The notes below the pieces were generated by a model. It was not told where the DNA came from, ran no database searches, and saw only the letters and a program-made list of their open reading frames with translations. From contig NC_057749.1 in NCBI RefSeq assembly GCF_004010195.1, positions 24,822,979 to 24,886,978 of the forward strand: a DNA stretch of 64,000 bases, read 5' to 3'. Source of the DNA: Chiloscyllium plagiosum (taxonomy: Eukaryota). Below are positions 12,941 through 24,677 of the stretch, piece by piece; the first letter of the stretch is position 1, and every line of letters starts with the position of its first letter. The translations under genes were made by a program, and so were the position numbers.

Positions 12941-13764
12941 CTGAGGAAAGTCAGCCATGATCATAATGAATGGTGTTGCAGGCTCGAAGGGCAGAATGGC
13001 CTACTCCTGCACCCATTGTCTATTGTTACTGCTCCCTTTGGCAGATTGTGAGGACAGACCACACCTGGGTTCATGGTGGTGTCCATTTATAAAGAAGAGA
13101 CTCCCAACCCCCAGATATCACACTAATATGCACTACCCGAAAATAATCCAGACAAACATGAAAGATTGGAAGCTGTAGCATTCAGAATGATGAGAGCAAG
13201 CTGAATTTCAGGGAATGGACAAATTCAGGTCATCGTTCACAAATTGTGAAGCTGCCGAATGATATTGCCCTTGATATCGGGGTCAGAATTCGGGAACTCC
13301 CTCCCTAATGCCGTCTACAGCTCATGGACTGCAATGGTTAAAGAAGGCAGCTCACCACCACCTTCCCGAGGGCAACTGGAGATGTACATACGCTGTGGAA
13401 GGATAAAACGGAAAGCTTTAAGGAAACGAGAATTCAAAAGCCAGGATTTCTGAGTCACCGACGTGTGGACCATCATTGATTCAGAGCTCCCCACACAACC
13501 TACTGCACACTATTTGAGGCCATGCAGGCAACACACAACAGGCAATGCTCCCACAAACGGCATTGAACAAGTCAACTTTTGTCTATTATATTGGTTGAGC
13601 GATGAATATTAATGAAAATTTCGGGGACACCTTCCCTTCTTTTCATAACAAATTATACTGTGGGATCTTTTAGTAGGGAAATGAGGCCTTCACTGAACAT
13701 CCCTTTTTTTAATCGCACTGAAACAAGTTTTATTTACAAATTTCCATCACAAACTATATACTTC

Positions 13765-15357
13765 TGAGGGATAGACCCAGAGGAGTGAGTGACACTGATA
13801 CTAGGTCTGCTGGGCTTGGAGGTAGTTGCTCCTTTAAGAGATGTGTCCTCTGCTGTTTCTCTTGCAGTGGGATGTTAGCACAGTGGACCCGAAATCTCTC
13901 CTTCAGGCAGACATTTAGTAAACAACCTCGAGTCCACCCTCAGTGGTGTTTTTTAAAGGAAGACAAAGGAATCCTGGGTGGGCCGAGTCAAATTCACACC
14001 GACCCAAAAGTCTTTAGTTTTGCTTTCCAAGACTTGTAAGGTTTTGCCAGCTGCTGGGGCAACAGGCTCCCTGCTGCTGGAGCGATAGTCTGTCTGCTGC
14101 TGGAGTGATAGTCTCCCTGCTGCTGGAGCGATAGTCTCCCTGCCTCTGGAGCGATAGTCTCCTGCTACTGGAGTGATAATCTCCCTGCTGCTGGGGCAAC
14201 AGGCTCCCTGCTGCTGGAGTGATAGTCTGTCTGCTGCTGGAGCGATAGTCTCCCTGCCTCTGGAGCGATAGTCTCCTGCTGCTGGAGTGATAGTCTCCCT
14301 GTTGCTGTGGCAACAGGCTCCCTGCTGCTGGAGTGATAGTCTGTCTGCTGCTGGAGCGATAGTCTCCTGCTGCTGGAGTGATGGTCCCCCTGCTGCTGGA
14401 GTGATAGTCTCTCTGCTGCTGGAGTGATAGTCTCCCTCCTGCTGGAGTGATGGTCCCCCTGCTGCTGGAGTGATAGTCTCTCTGCTGCTGGAGTGATAGT
14501 CTCTCTGCTGCTGGACCGATAGTCTCCTAGTACTAGACTGATAGTCTCCCTGCTGCTGGGGCAACAGGCTCCCTGCTGCTGGAGCGATAGTCTCCTGCTG
14601 CTGGAGTGATAGTCTCGCTGCTGCTGGAGTGATAGTCTCCCTCCTGCAGGAGCAATAGTCTCCCTGCTGCTAGGGCAACAGGCTCCCTGCTGCTGGAGTG
14701 ATAGTCTGTCTGCTGCTGGAGTGATAGTCTCTCTGCTGCTGGAGCAATCGTCTCCCTCCTGCAGGAGCAATAGTCTCCCTGCTGCTAGGGCAACAGGCTC
14801 CCTGCTGCTGGAGTGATAGTCTCTCTGCTGCTGGAGTGATAGTCTCTCTGCTGCTGGAGTGATAATCTCCCTGCTGCTGGAGTGATAGTCTCTCTGCTGC
14901 TGGAGTGATAGTCTCTCTGCTGCTGGAGTGATAGTCTCCCTGATGCTGGAGTGATAGTCTCGCTCCTACTGGAGCGATAGTCTCTCTGCTGCTGGAGTGA
15001 TAGTCTCTCTGCTGCTGGAGTGATAGTCTCTCTGCTGGTGGAGCGATAGTCTCTCTGCTGGTGGAGCGATAGTCTCTCTGCTGCTGGAGTGAAGTCGTCG
15101 ACAGAGAGGCTTCCTCTTAAAACCAAATGGGGCAGTTTTTTTCTTTTGGTGTTTCTTTCTGCAGGATTGGAGAGAACCAACACATGAGATAGTAACCGTG
15201 TGGCTGAATTGCCTTTGTGAAAGTGTGTGGTTGTGTGATGCTGTTGATGTTGGAACAGCTGTTTCTTAATTAATACGCTGTCTTGCCAAGTATTTCAATA
15301 GATTTATTCTGTTTGTTGTATTTTAACCGTGTCAGAAGTATAAAGTGAGGTTTGATT
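13765..15357 (+). mobile_element. Solo-LTR-like element with a large internal minisatellite, 3' truncated
   Basis: Flanks (GGGCCGAGTCA..TTTAGTTTTGCTTT; GCTGAATTGCCTTTG..GATGCTGTT..GGAACAG) align by eye to the LTR copies at 18660-19620, 52073-52741 and 58862-59684. Confidence 0.65.
14050..15090. repeat. Minisatellite, ~24-bp unit (CTGCTGCTGGAGTGATAGTCTC[C/T]C) interspersed with a 21-bp variant (CTGCTGCTGGGGCAACAGGCTCC)
   Basis: About 40 tandem units directly visible. Confidence 0.95.
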
Positions 15358-15648
15358 AATGTATGTGCGTGTGTGTCAGTGTGTATGTGTCAGTGTGTGT
15401 GTATGTCAGTGTGTGTTTNNNNNNNNNNNNNNNNNNNNNNNNNNNNNNNNNNNNNNNNNNNNNNNNNNNNNNNNNNNNNNNNNNNNNNNNNNNNNNNNNN
15501 NNNNNNNNNNNNNNNNNNNNNNNNNNNNNNNNNNNNNNNNNNNNNNNNNNNNTGTGTCTGCGTGTGTGCGTTTGTGTGCACATGTGTGCATGTGTGTCTG
15601 TGTGTGTGTATACGTGAATGAATCTGTGTGTGTGTATGGTTGTGCTGC

Positions 15649-15900
15649 TATAGACAGTGTGCTGCCCACTATTTCTGGAAGGATAAACATATCCCAAAGG
15701 TGATTCTTGACAACCTCTGGTTTCTCCTTTGGTGAACTTTCCTTTTTGTAGAGCTTTTTCAGGAGGGTCTGTTGCATGCTGTACAGTCTCCTGTTCACAC
15801 ATAACTCCCCCTTGAACCCGGTACGACTGCACCCGCTACTGCTGGGGGCGATTGAGGAGCTGATCTAGTTCAACACGTCTGCAGGTAAACGTCCTGAAAC
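15649..15900 (-). pseudogene. RPS15: 40S ribosomal protein S15 (uS19) processed-pseudogene fragment
   Basis: Translates [20 protein letters not shown]..(frameshift)..[46 protein letters not shown] versus RPS15 [69 protein letters not shown]. Contains a stop and a frameshift; no intron. Confidence 0.9.
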
Positions 15901-16335
15901 ATAGAGTTATAGAGTCATACAACACAGAAAGAGGCCCTTCTGTCTGACCAGCCCATGCCCAACATAATCCCAAACTAAACTAGTCCCACCCACCTGCTCC
16001 TGGCCCATATCCCTCCAAATCTTTCCGATTCATGTACTGATCCGATGTCTTTTAATGTTGTAACTGTGCTCACATCCACCACTTCCTCTAGAGATTTATT
16101 CCACATGCGAACCACCCTCTGTGTAAAAGGTTTGCCCCTCGTGCCTTTTTAAAATCTTTCTCCTCTCACACTAAAAATATGTCCCTAGTCCTGAAATTCC
16201 CCCACCCTAGGGAAAAGACACCTACTATTAATTCTATCTATGCTCCTTGTGATTTTATAAATCTCTATAAGGTGAAAAAAATCCCAATCTATCCAGCATT
16301 TCTTTATAACTCAAACATTTCGTACCCGGCAACAT
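15901..16335 (-). mobile_element. CR1/HER1 LINE 3' fragment
   Basis: Reverse-complement tail ATAGAGTCATAC..CCCAAACTAAACTAGTCCC and RT C-terminus. Confidence 0.85.
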
Positions 16336-16349
16336 ATGCTCTGTTCTAC

Positions 16350-16935
16350 TTGAGTACAGGAGTTGGGAGGCCATGTTGCAGATATACGGGACATTGGCTA
16401 GGCCACTTTTGGAATACAGTATTTAGTTCCGGTCTCCGGTTGTGAAATTTGAAAGGGTTCAGAAAAGATTTACAAGGACGTTGCCAGGGTTGGAGGGTTT
16501 GAGCTATTGGGAGAGGCTGAACAGGCTGGGGCTGTTTTCCCTGGAGCGTCGGAGGCTGAGGGGTGACCTTAAGGAGATTTATAAAATCATGGGGGGCCTA
16601 GGGAGAATAACCAACATCTTTTCTCAGGGGAGGGGAGTCCAAAATTAGCAGGCAAAAGTTTTAAGATGAGAGGAAAAAGATTTAAAAGCGACCCAAGAGG
16701 TAATGTTTTTCACGCAGAGGGTGGTGCATGTATGGAATGAGCTGCCAGAGGAAGTGGTGGAGGTTGGTACAATTACAACATTTAAAAGGCATCAGGATGG
16801 GTACATGAATAGGAAGTGTTTACAGGGATATGGGCCAAGTGCTGGCAAACGAGACTGGATGAATTTAGGATATCTGGTCGGCATGGACGAGTTGGACTGA
16901 AGGGTTTGTTTCTTATGACTCGGTGACTTTATGGT
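16350..16935 (+). mobile_element. CR1/HER1 LINE 3' fragment
   Basis: ERVQKRFTR.LPGLEGLSY.ERLNRLGLFSLERRRLRGDL; FFTQRVV.VWNELPEEVV. Confidence 0.9.
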
Positions 16936-17344
16936 TAGCTATTTTCTCTGAGTCTCTCTGGAAAGGACAGATCTCTTTATCTTATCTGATAAGGAGTACC
17001 TCCAAGAGAGCAACCATACTTCAGTACCACACTGGAACACCAGCAAACCCTGAACTGGGATTTGTGGCCAGCACCCACTGATTCAGAGATGCTACCAACT
17101 ATGTCAGAACGGACAGTTTTAACAAATGGAGGTGGTTCGCCATCGGGCTGGCCTTGAATACTCTTGTTTGCTGCTTTCTAGAAGACGGTAGCAAATGGTT
17201 GGAATGAAGGCAGGTCAGTGCAGATGAGATATGGATCAATCTTGATCTAACTGAATGGTGGAACAGGCTAGATGCGATGTGAATGCAATCTGGTCTCTTA
17301 CTTGATGTGACAATGCTCTCTGTTCTTCCATTTACTAGCGGCAA

Positions 17345-18292
17345 AGTTAAAAATTCCACAACATCAGGTTCTAGTCCAATAAGTTTATTGGGAAGCACTA
17401 GCTTTCGGAGCGGTGCTCCTTCATCAGGTGGTTGTGGAGTATAAGATTGTAAGACACAGAATTTATAGCAAAAGTTTACAGTGCGATGTAACTGAAATTA
17501 TACATTGAATTATTTGTTAAGTCTCTCATCTTTTAGAATGACCATGTTGGTTTCAGTTCTTTCATATGTAAATCCCAGAACTTTTTTAAAAAAGCTACAT
17601 TCTCTTCTCAAGGGCACTTTAACAATAGGTGCCATGTCGTCTCAGATAATGCATTGAAGGTGTGAGGTACCCTGTGTGAGGCTGTCTGTGCCCCAATGTT
17701 CAGAATGATTCTAATCTACAAAAGGAATTTACAGAATCTGACATGGATTCATGCAGTTTTTGAGCAAAATAAAATATAATTCTGCAAGGACAAATTCAGC
17801 CCACAAACTTATATCTGTGTGTGTGCATGTGGATGTGTGTGCGGGGGGGTATGAGTGACTGTGATAAAGTGTGTGTATGTCTATGTGTGAGAGTGTGAGT
17901 GTGAAGGGGTATAAGTCTGTGAGAGGGTGCATGTGTGGGTGTGTATATCTGAGTGTATGAGAGAGGGTCTGTGTGAGTGTATGGGTCTGTAGGAGTGTCT
18001 GGGCAGTGGGGTCACCTGTAGTATGACATGAACCCAAGGTCCCAGTTGAGGCCATCCCCATGGGTACCAAACTTGGCTATCAGCCTCTGCTCGGCCACTT
18101 TGCATTGTTGCCTGTCCTGAAGTCCACCTTGGGGGCTGGTCACCCAAAGGTCAGAAGCCGAATGTCCTGGGTTGCTGTAGTGTTCTCCAACTGGGAGGGA
18201 ACACTCCAGTCTGTTGATTGTTGTGCAGTGTCCGTTCATTTGTTGCCATAACCTCTGCTTGGTCTCGCCAATGTGCCATGCCTCAGGACATT
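17345..18292 (-). mobile_element. Penelope-like element 3' fragment (GIY-YIG endonuclease C-terminus + pseudo-LTR)
   Basis: CPEAWHIGETKQRL..MNGH..SLPVGEHYSNPGHS..EQRLIAKFGTHGDGLN.DLGFMSYY, followed by a CA-rich 3' region and a hammerhead-bearing terminus. Confidence 0.85.
17396..17430 (-). ncRNA. Minimal hammerhead ribozyme (family A), core intact
   Basis: Minus strand CAC-CUGAUGA-A-GGAGC-ACC-GCUCC-GAAA-GCUA-GUG: stem I CAC/GUG, stem II GGAGC/GCUCC, palindromic AGCU stem III, NUH = CUA. Confidence 0.75.
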
Positions 18293-18294
18293 AC

Positions 18295-18640
18295 TGGCAG
18301 CACAGTGGCTCAGTAGTTAGCACCGCTGCCTCACAACGCCAGGGACCCGGGTTCGATTCCAGCCTCAGGGGACTGTCTGTGTGGAGTTTGCACATTCTCC
18401 CCATGTCTGTGTGGGTTTCCTCTGGGTGCTCCGGTTTCCTCCCACAGTCCAAAGATGTCCAGGTTAGGTGAATTGGAATTGCTAAATTGCCCATAGTATT
18501 CAGTGATGTGTAGATTAGGCACATTAGTCAGGGGAAATGTAGAGTCGTAGGGAATGGGTCTGGATGGGTTACTCTTCGGAGGGTCGGTGTGGACTTGTTG
18601 GACCAAATGGCCTGTTTCCATACTGCAGGAATTCTATTAT
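18295..18640 (+). mobile_element. HE1 SINE
   Basis: Full head, core and tail. Confidence 0.9.
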
Positions 18641-18659
18641 TGGGTTCTATGATTATATA

Positions 18660-19620
18660 TGTGACGATGAGGGGTGTTTTGTCCTGTTCCCTTTTAGAGA
18701 CAGAGACTGAAGGACAGGTGCCAAGCAGTCTATGAGAAGATAAACAACTTGTGAGGCCCTCATTGTTCTTTTTAAATGTTGGAACAATAGAAGCAGCCTG
18801 GCTGGGTGTGGTCAAGCTCCTATAGATCTAGGATTTTTAGTTTAGCATTCAGCATTTGTTTCTGGGGTCTCAGTGGGGTTGGAAGGCAGTGAATCCCTCC
18901 CGGCTGATACACTGTCTCTCTGAATTGCCTTTTGATGTTCTTTTCTCTTGGATTAGAGAACTGCGTGTGAGACAATCTGTTTTCTAAATTTGCCTTTTTG
19001 CCAAAGGTGTCTTTATGGGATGATATTTTATCAGAACAGTTACAGTCCAGTAGTAAAATAATCTATTATTCTGCGAAGTTTTCCCATAGAGATAAATTAT
19101 TGCAAGTTCCTTTTTTTTATGTTTTAATGATAATGTTTGAATAAATATGCTTTGCTTAACACCAAGAAGTGGAGCAGCACAGTGGCTCAGTGGTTAGCAC
19201 TGCTGCCTCACAGGGACTTGAGTTCAATTCCAGCCTCAGGTGGCTGCCTGTGTGGAGTTTGCACATTCTCCCCGCATCTGTGTGGGTTTCCTCCGGATGC
19301 TCCGGTTTCCTCCCACAGTGCAAAGATGTGCAGGTTAGCTGAATTGGCCGTGCTATATTACCCATTGTATTTAGGGGTGTGCGGGCTAGGTGGATTAGCC
19401 ATGGGAAATGCAGAATTCTCGGGTAAGAGGATCTGAGTGGGAGCTCTTTAGAGGGTCGGTGTGGACTCTATGGGCTGAATGACCTATTTCTGCACTGTAG
19501 GGATTCTGTTTGTCCAACCTAATTGTATTTAGAACTCAACATTTACCCTTAAAATAAGTAAGAATTAGGGTCTAGGCTATCTTCTTGATCTATTTTGAGG
19601 GAGTTTGGTCTGATTGATCA
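18660..19620 (+). mobile_element. Solo LTR (Gypsy-like) with a nested HE1 SINE at ~19171-19508
   Basis: Starts TGTGACGATG, matching the terminus of the TG..CA copy at 58862-59684; internal AATAAA. Confidence 0.7.
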
Positions 19621-20507
19621 AGAAAAGTCAAACGGCCTATTCCTGTTCCAATATTTCCAAGCAAGTTCTTTGTGCATTTTCTTATTGGGCTAGTAAAGGC
19701 AGGCATGGAAGCCTCTGTAACTTCAAGAGGATGTGGAAGTGTGCCAATATTTGCAGGAGGGTCTCTTGTGAAAAGGTTTGAAGTTTAACAGGTGACCTCA
19801 GTTAAAAAACCTTTTATGTGGAAACACACTCCACACTTAAGCTCACTTTCCCGCATTGTCTGAAACATCAGAGAGTGTATCACACCCACAAATGTTTGAG
19901 GCTGTACCATGCTCACCATTTATGTGTCCATGTTATGTCCAACAGATTCATTTATAAGCTTTCGGAGCACTGCTTGTGATTTTACATAAACCTGCTGGAC
20001 TGTAACCTGGTGTCATGTGACTTCTGACTTTGTCCACCCCACCCCAACACCAGCACCTCCACATCATTTATCTGCACAGCAGAACGATCGATCTCTCAAT
20101 CACTTACAGGCTCATAAGCCAGTATCTGATGCTTTCTTCAATAAATATTTAAGCATTGACTTGCCTTTATCATTTTACGTTGCAGAATATTCCTACTTAT
20201 GAGGTACGTTCACAACTAATGAGGTGTCATCAAATTAATTGGACTTTTGTGACTGCATTTTCATGTGTCCATTATTTATCTAAAGGAAGAAATTAAATAA
20301 CACGAGTACAATTTCTGAAATGCTACTTCTCCTGTTTGTGCTAAGTGTCAATCTGTGAGGGGTCCTTTCGGAGGATCTGTACAACCAGGTGACCCAGTTG
20401 AAAACCTGTCTTTTTAACAGCCTTTTCCATTCATTTTAAGTATAGAATTGCCATCTAGAATTGGCTCATTCAATCTCGTCAACAACTGCATAACCGTGAG
20501 GGAAATG

Positions 20508-21070
20508 AGGCCTCTTGTGGCTCAGTGGTAGTGTCCCTACCTCTTAATCAGAAGGTCTGCATTCACAGAGTCATAAAGTCATACAGACCCTTCTGTCCAA
20601 TCAGTCCATGCTGGCTATAATCCCAAACTAAACTAGTCCCACCTGCCTGCTCCTGGCCCACATCCCTCCAAACCTTCCCTATTCATGTACTTATCCAAGT
20701 GTCTTTTAAATGTTGTAATTGTTCCCACATCTGCCATTTCCTCAGAACCACCCTCTGTGTAAACAATTTGCCCCTCATGTCTTTTCTAAATTTCTTTCCT
20801 CTCTCCTTAAAAATCTGTTCCCTAGCCTTGAATTTCCCCTCCGAGGGAAAAGACAACCATCATTAACTCATCCTATAACCCTCATTATTTTATAGATTTC
20901 TATAAAGTCGCCTCTCAACCTCCTATGTTCTGGTGAAAACAATTCCCGGCCTATCCAGCCTTTCTTTATAACTCAAACCTTCCATATCCAGCGACATCCT
21001 GGTAACTCTCTTCTGAACCCTCTCCAGTTTCAAGTCCCACTTATCCCCAAAGGTTGATTTAAAGATAATT
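20508..21070 (+). mobile_element. Short tRNA-derived SINE split by a minus-strand CR1 3' fragment (~20565-21028)
   Basis: GTGGCTCAGTGGTAGTGTCCCTACCTCT..[CR1]..TTCAAGTCCCAC. Uninterrupted relatives at ~34897-35005 and ~46395-46512. Confidence 0.6.
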
Positions 21071-21552
21071 ATCATCAGGGAGTCCAGTTGCAATTGAATT
21101 CTGTAAGAAAGAGATGTAAAGTCTGAAACCTGTGATCCATTGGTGAGGGGGAATGAAATTTTAAACCAGGCACCAAGAACTGGTCCACCTTTGAAAGAGT
21201 TTTCTCAAATGTACACACCCGTAGATAGTGTCAAAAGGGAGCACATGAAGATTATCTGGAATGTTCCAGAATAAACATTCTTATCTCTCTAGATATGGAA
21301 TGCATAATGTCAACACAGTGGGATAAATATTGGCCAGGACTCCAGGACGCACATCCCTCAGTGGCAATACTTCCTCATATTTTGTGATCTGATGTTGGCA
21401 GCTTTTTTCTGTACATCTCTCTGTCCATTTGTAATTGCAAGGTCAAGAAGGATTGTTAAAATGTGACATTCAGAAAAGAAAGTGTCAACTTTGGGAACAG
21501 AGCCATGAAATTACAGAGATCCCTTCTAGAGGCCAAACAGAAAATGAGTATG

Positions 21553-21863
21553 GTTAGAATCCCTACAGTGTGGAAGCAGGCCATTCAACTCATACTGACC
21601 CTCCAGAGAGCATCACAGCTAGACCCACATCCCCTATCCTATAACTTTGCATTTCCCAAGAATGATCCATCGAGCTTGCACACTATGGGCACTTTCCCAT
21701 GGCCAATCCACCCTAGCCTGCACATCTTTGGACTGTGGGGGGAAACCCACGCAGGCACAGGGAGAATGTGCAAACTCCACACAGACAGTCACCCAAGGCT
21801 GGAATCGAACCCAGGTCCCTGGTGCTGTGAGGCAGCAGTGCCAACCACTGAGCCACTGTGCCA
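21553..21863 (-). mobile_element. HE1 SINE
   Basis: Full reverse-complement copy. Confidence 0.9.
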
Positions 21864-23549
21864 TCCATGGCTGGATGGTGGATGTCACAGAGTGATTGTA
21901 GATGAGCTCCAGTGAATGGGTAAGAATGGCACAAGACAACGCCCCATCACAGCAGCACATCTTCCGGCAGGGATTGTTCTAAGGATATCACAGTGACTAC
22001 AGGGAAACAGGCCACCCCATCTCTTTCCTTGAATTATTATTTGTGCTTAGTGTTCAAGAGATGTTATGAAGGCCACATCCTTTGATGTAAAATACCAAAG
22101 AACTCTGGATGCTAGAAATCTAAAACGGAAACAGAAATTGCTGGAGAAACTCAGCGAGTCTGGCAGCATCTGTGAAGAGAGAAATGTAGTCAATGTTTCA
22201 GGTCCAGGTTTCTTCAGAACTGAACGCACCTTTTTCAAACTTCCCACGGTGACCTGAAAGGGTCGTGGCAACTGGTCATCTCGAAATGTCGTGCAATTCA
22301 CGGATGTGTTAAAAAGTGATTGAACCGTTCGTGGTCAGAAGGCGTCTTGATAGACTGGCTATGGAGGGAAGGTGGCTTCAATTGGGAGAGTCGAGAAGTA
22401 GGGTTCGCTGTTTAAAACTCAGGGGATGTCCATTTAAGGTAGAGATGTGAATTGTGAGTATCCATTCCACTTTGTCTCATTGACCTCTTGAAGCAAAAGT
22501 TGAAATTATCACCACTCAGTCCTTCCCCCACTCTGCACCCACAACAGAAAGATGCACAAATCCAGTTCCCACTGATCTGTATTGCCTCATGATCAACATG
22601 TTAATATACTTTAAAAAGGCATGTTCACTGAATTATAGCAAGAGACCTAAGGCCACAAGAGTATAGGACACAGAAGCAAAGTATTCACCTCATAGAATCT
22701 GCTTTGTTAGTCAATGAGACCGTGGCCTAATCTGGTCATCTTCAGATCCCTTTTCCTGCGTATTCCCCAAATCCCTTGATTTCCCATCTGATCAAATGTC
22801 TGTCCATCTCAGCTTTGAATATACATAATGACCCAACCTCTACTGCCCTCTGGAGTAAAGAATGTCACAAATTCACTGCCCTCCAAGAGAATAACTTCTT
22901 CCTCATCTCTGTCTGAAATGTGCAGTCCCTTATTCTGAGGTTATGTCCTCTGGATCTTCAAAGGGAAGCAGCTTTTCAGCACCTAACCTATCAAGTTCCC
23001 TAAGAATGTTGTATGTTTCAATAAGGTCACCTCTCAACTTCAAAGGATACAGGCCCAACTACTTAGCCTCTCCTGACAAGACAGTCTTTCCGTACCTGGG
23101 ATCAGCCGAGTGAGCCTTTTCTCACTGTCTCCACTACCTATCTGCTGTCTGTCTGTGTGGAATTTGCACATTCTCCCCGTGTCTGCACGAGTTTCCTCCG
23201 GGTGCTCCGGTTTCCTCCCACAATCCAAAAGACGGGCAGGTTAGGTGGATTGACCATGCTAAGTTGTCCACAGTGCTCAGGGATGTGTAGGTTGGGTGCG
23301 TTAGTCAGGGGTTAAACGGAGGGGAATGGGTCTAGGTGGGTTACTCTTCAGAGGGTTGGTGTGGACTTGTTGGGCTGAAGGGCCTGTTTCCACACTGGAG
23401 GGATTCTATGAGTCTACACCTTTTCATAGCTCAGGGGCCCAAACAGTTCGCAATATTCCAGCTGTGGTCCAACTGGTATCTTGAATAGTTTTAGCAAACT
23501 CTCCCTACCTTTCTACTCCATTCTCTTTGAAATAATGGCCAACATTCGT

Positions 23550-24248
23550 GAGAGGGGAAAGATTAAAAGAGACCTAAGGGGCAACTTTTTCACGCAGAGG
23601 GTGATACATGTATGGAATGAGCGCCAGAGGATGTGGTAGAGGCTGGTACAACATTTAAAAGGCATTTGGATGGGTATATGAATAGGAAGGGTTTGGAAGG
23701 ATATGGGCCGGGCGCTGGCAGGTGGGACTAGATTGGGTTGGGATATCTGGTTGGCATGGACGGGTTGGACCAACGCGTCTGTTTCCATGCTGTACATCTC
23801 TATGACTCTATGACTCTATTCCATTTGCCTTCTCTAATATCCAATGAACTTGGATGCTGGCGTTGGCAAACTCAAGAGAAGCTGGATTGGCTGCAACTTC
23901 TTTCGCTGAAGTGTAGGAGGTTGAGAGGTGACCTTAAAGAGGTTTATAAAATGATGAGGGGTATGGATAAGGTTAATGGCAGGGGTCTTTTCCCTTGCGT
24001 GAGGGATATCAGGACTAGGGGGGACACATTTTTAAGGTGAGAGGAGAGAGATTTTAAAAAGGCATATGGGGCGAAAATGAACCTTCTGAGGAATGTCCAC
24101 GGTTACAACATTAAAAGACATTTGGATAGATACATGAATAGGAAAGGTTTGGAGGGATACGGGCTAAGTGAGACTAGTTTAGTTTGGGATTATGTTCAGC
24201 ATGGACTGGTTGGACCCAAGGGTCTGTTTCCATGCTGTATGACCCTAT
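23550..24248 (+). mobile_element. Two tandem CR1/HER1 3' fragments
   Basis: Two tails, ending (TATGACTC)n at ~23820 and GCTGTATGACCCTAT at 24248. Confidence 0.8.
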
Positions 24249-24367
24249 GTAGAGGAGTTTTAGGAAGTTTACCTACAGAGGTGTTGAACTGGATCAGCTC
24301 CTCAATCTGCCTCACGAGCAGCAGATGCAATTGTTTCTGGGTTCGAAGGTGGAGCTGTGTGTAAACA
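24249..24367 (+). pseudogene. RPS15: RPS15 pseudogene fragment (copy 2)
   Basis: [28 protein letters not shown] versus RPS15 [28 protein letters not shown]. Confidence 0.9.
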
Positions 24368-24445
24368 TTGAAAAGACACTTAGATAACTCCGTGAGTAGG
24401 AAATGTTTGGAGGGGTATGGGCCAGGAGCATGCAAGTTGGACTAT

Positions 24446-24677
24446 GATGTGGAGGAGCCAGTGTTGGACTGGGGAGTACAAAGTTAAAAATCACATAACA
24501 CCAAGTTATAGTCGAACAAGTTTATTCGGAAGCACTAGCTTTCAGAGCGCTGCTCCTTCATCAGGTGGTTGTGGAGAATAAGATCTTATGACCACCTGAT
24601 GAAGGAGCAGTGCTCCAAAAGTTAGTGCTTCCAAATAAACCTGTTGGACTATAACCTGGTGTTGTGTGATTTCTAAC
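24446..24677. mobile_element. Penelope-derived inverted-repeat mini-element (family A)
   Basis: Palindrome with an intact minus-strand hammerhead core at 24533-24567 and a mutated plus-strand core at 24593-24627. Degenerate 12-bp flanking repeat CAAGTTGGACTA / CAAATGGGACTA. Confidence 0.8.

Larger units (their letters stand above)
9197..13026 (+). mobile_element. Near-full-length CR1-clade LINE (HER1-like), inactivated
   Basis: 5' UTR, ORF1 and ORF2 in order, then a 3' tail ending CCTACTCCTGC..ATTGTCTATTG. An assembly gap at 10153-10700 hides the end of ORF1 and most of the endonuclease. Confidence 0.95.

Noticed and set aside
14050..15090. CRISPR-like array
   Set aside because: Units are contiguous with no unique spacers; eukaryotic context and no cas genes.
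13953..15183. Repetitive Gln/Ser-rich ORFs on the minus strand
   Set aside because: A stop-free 24-bp minisatellite open in all frames; no start context, splice signals or known domain.
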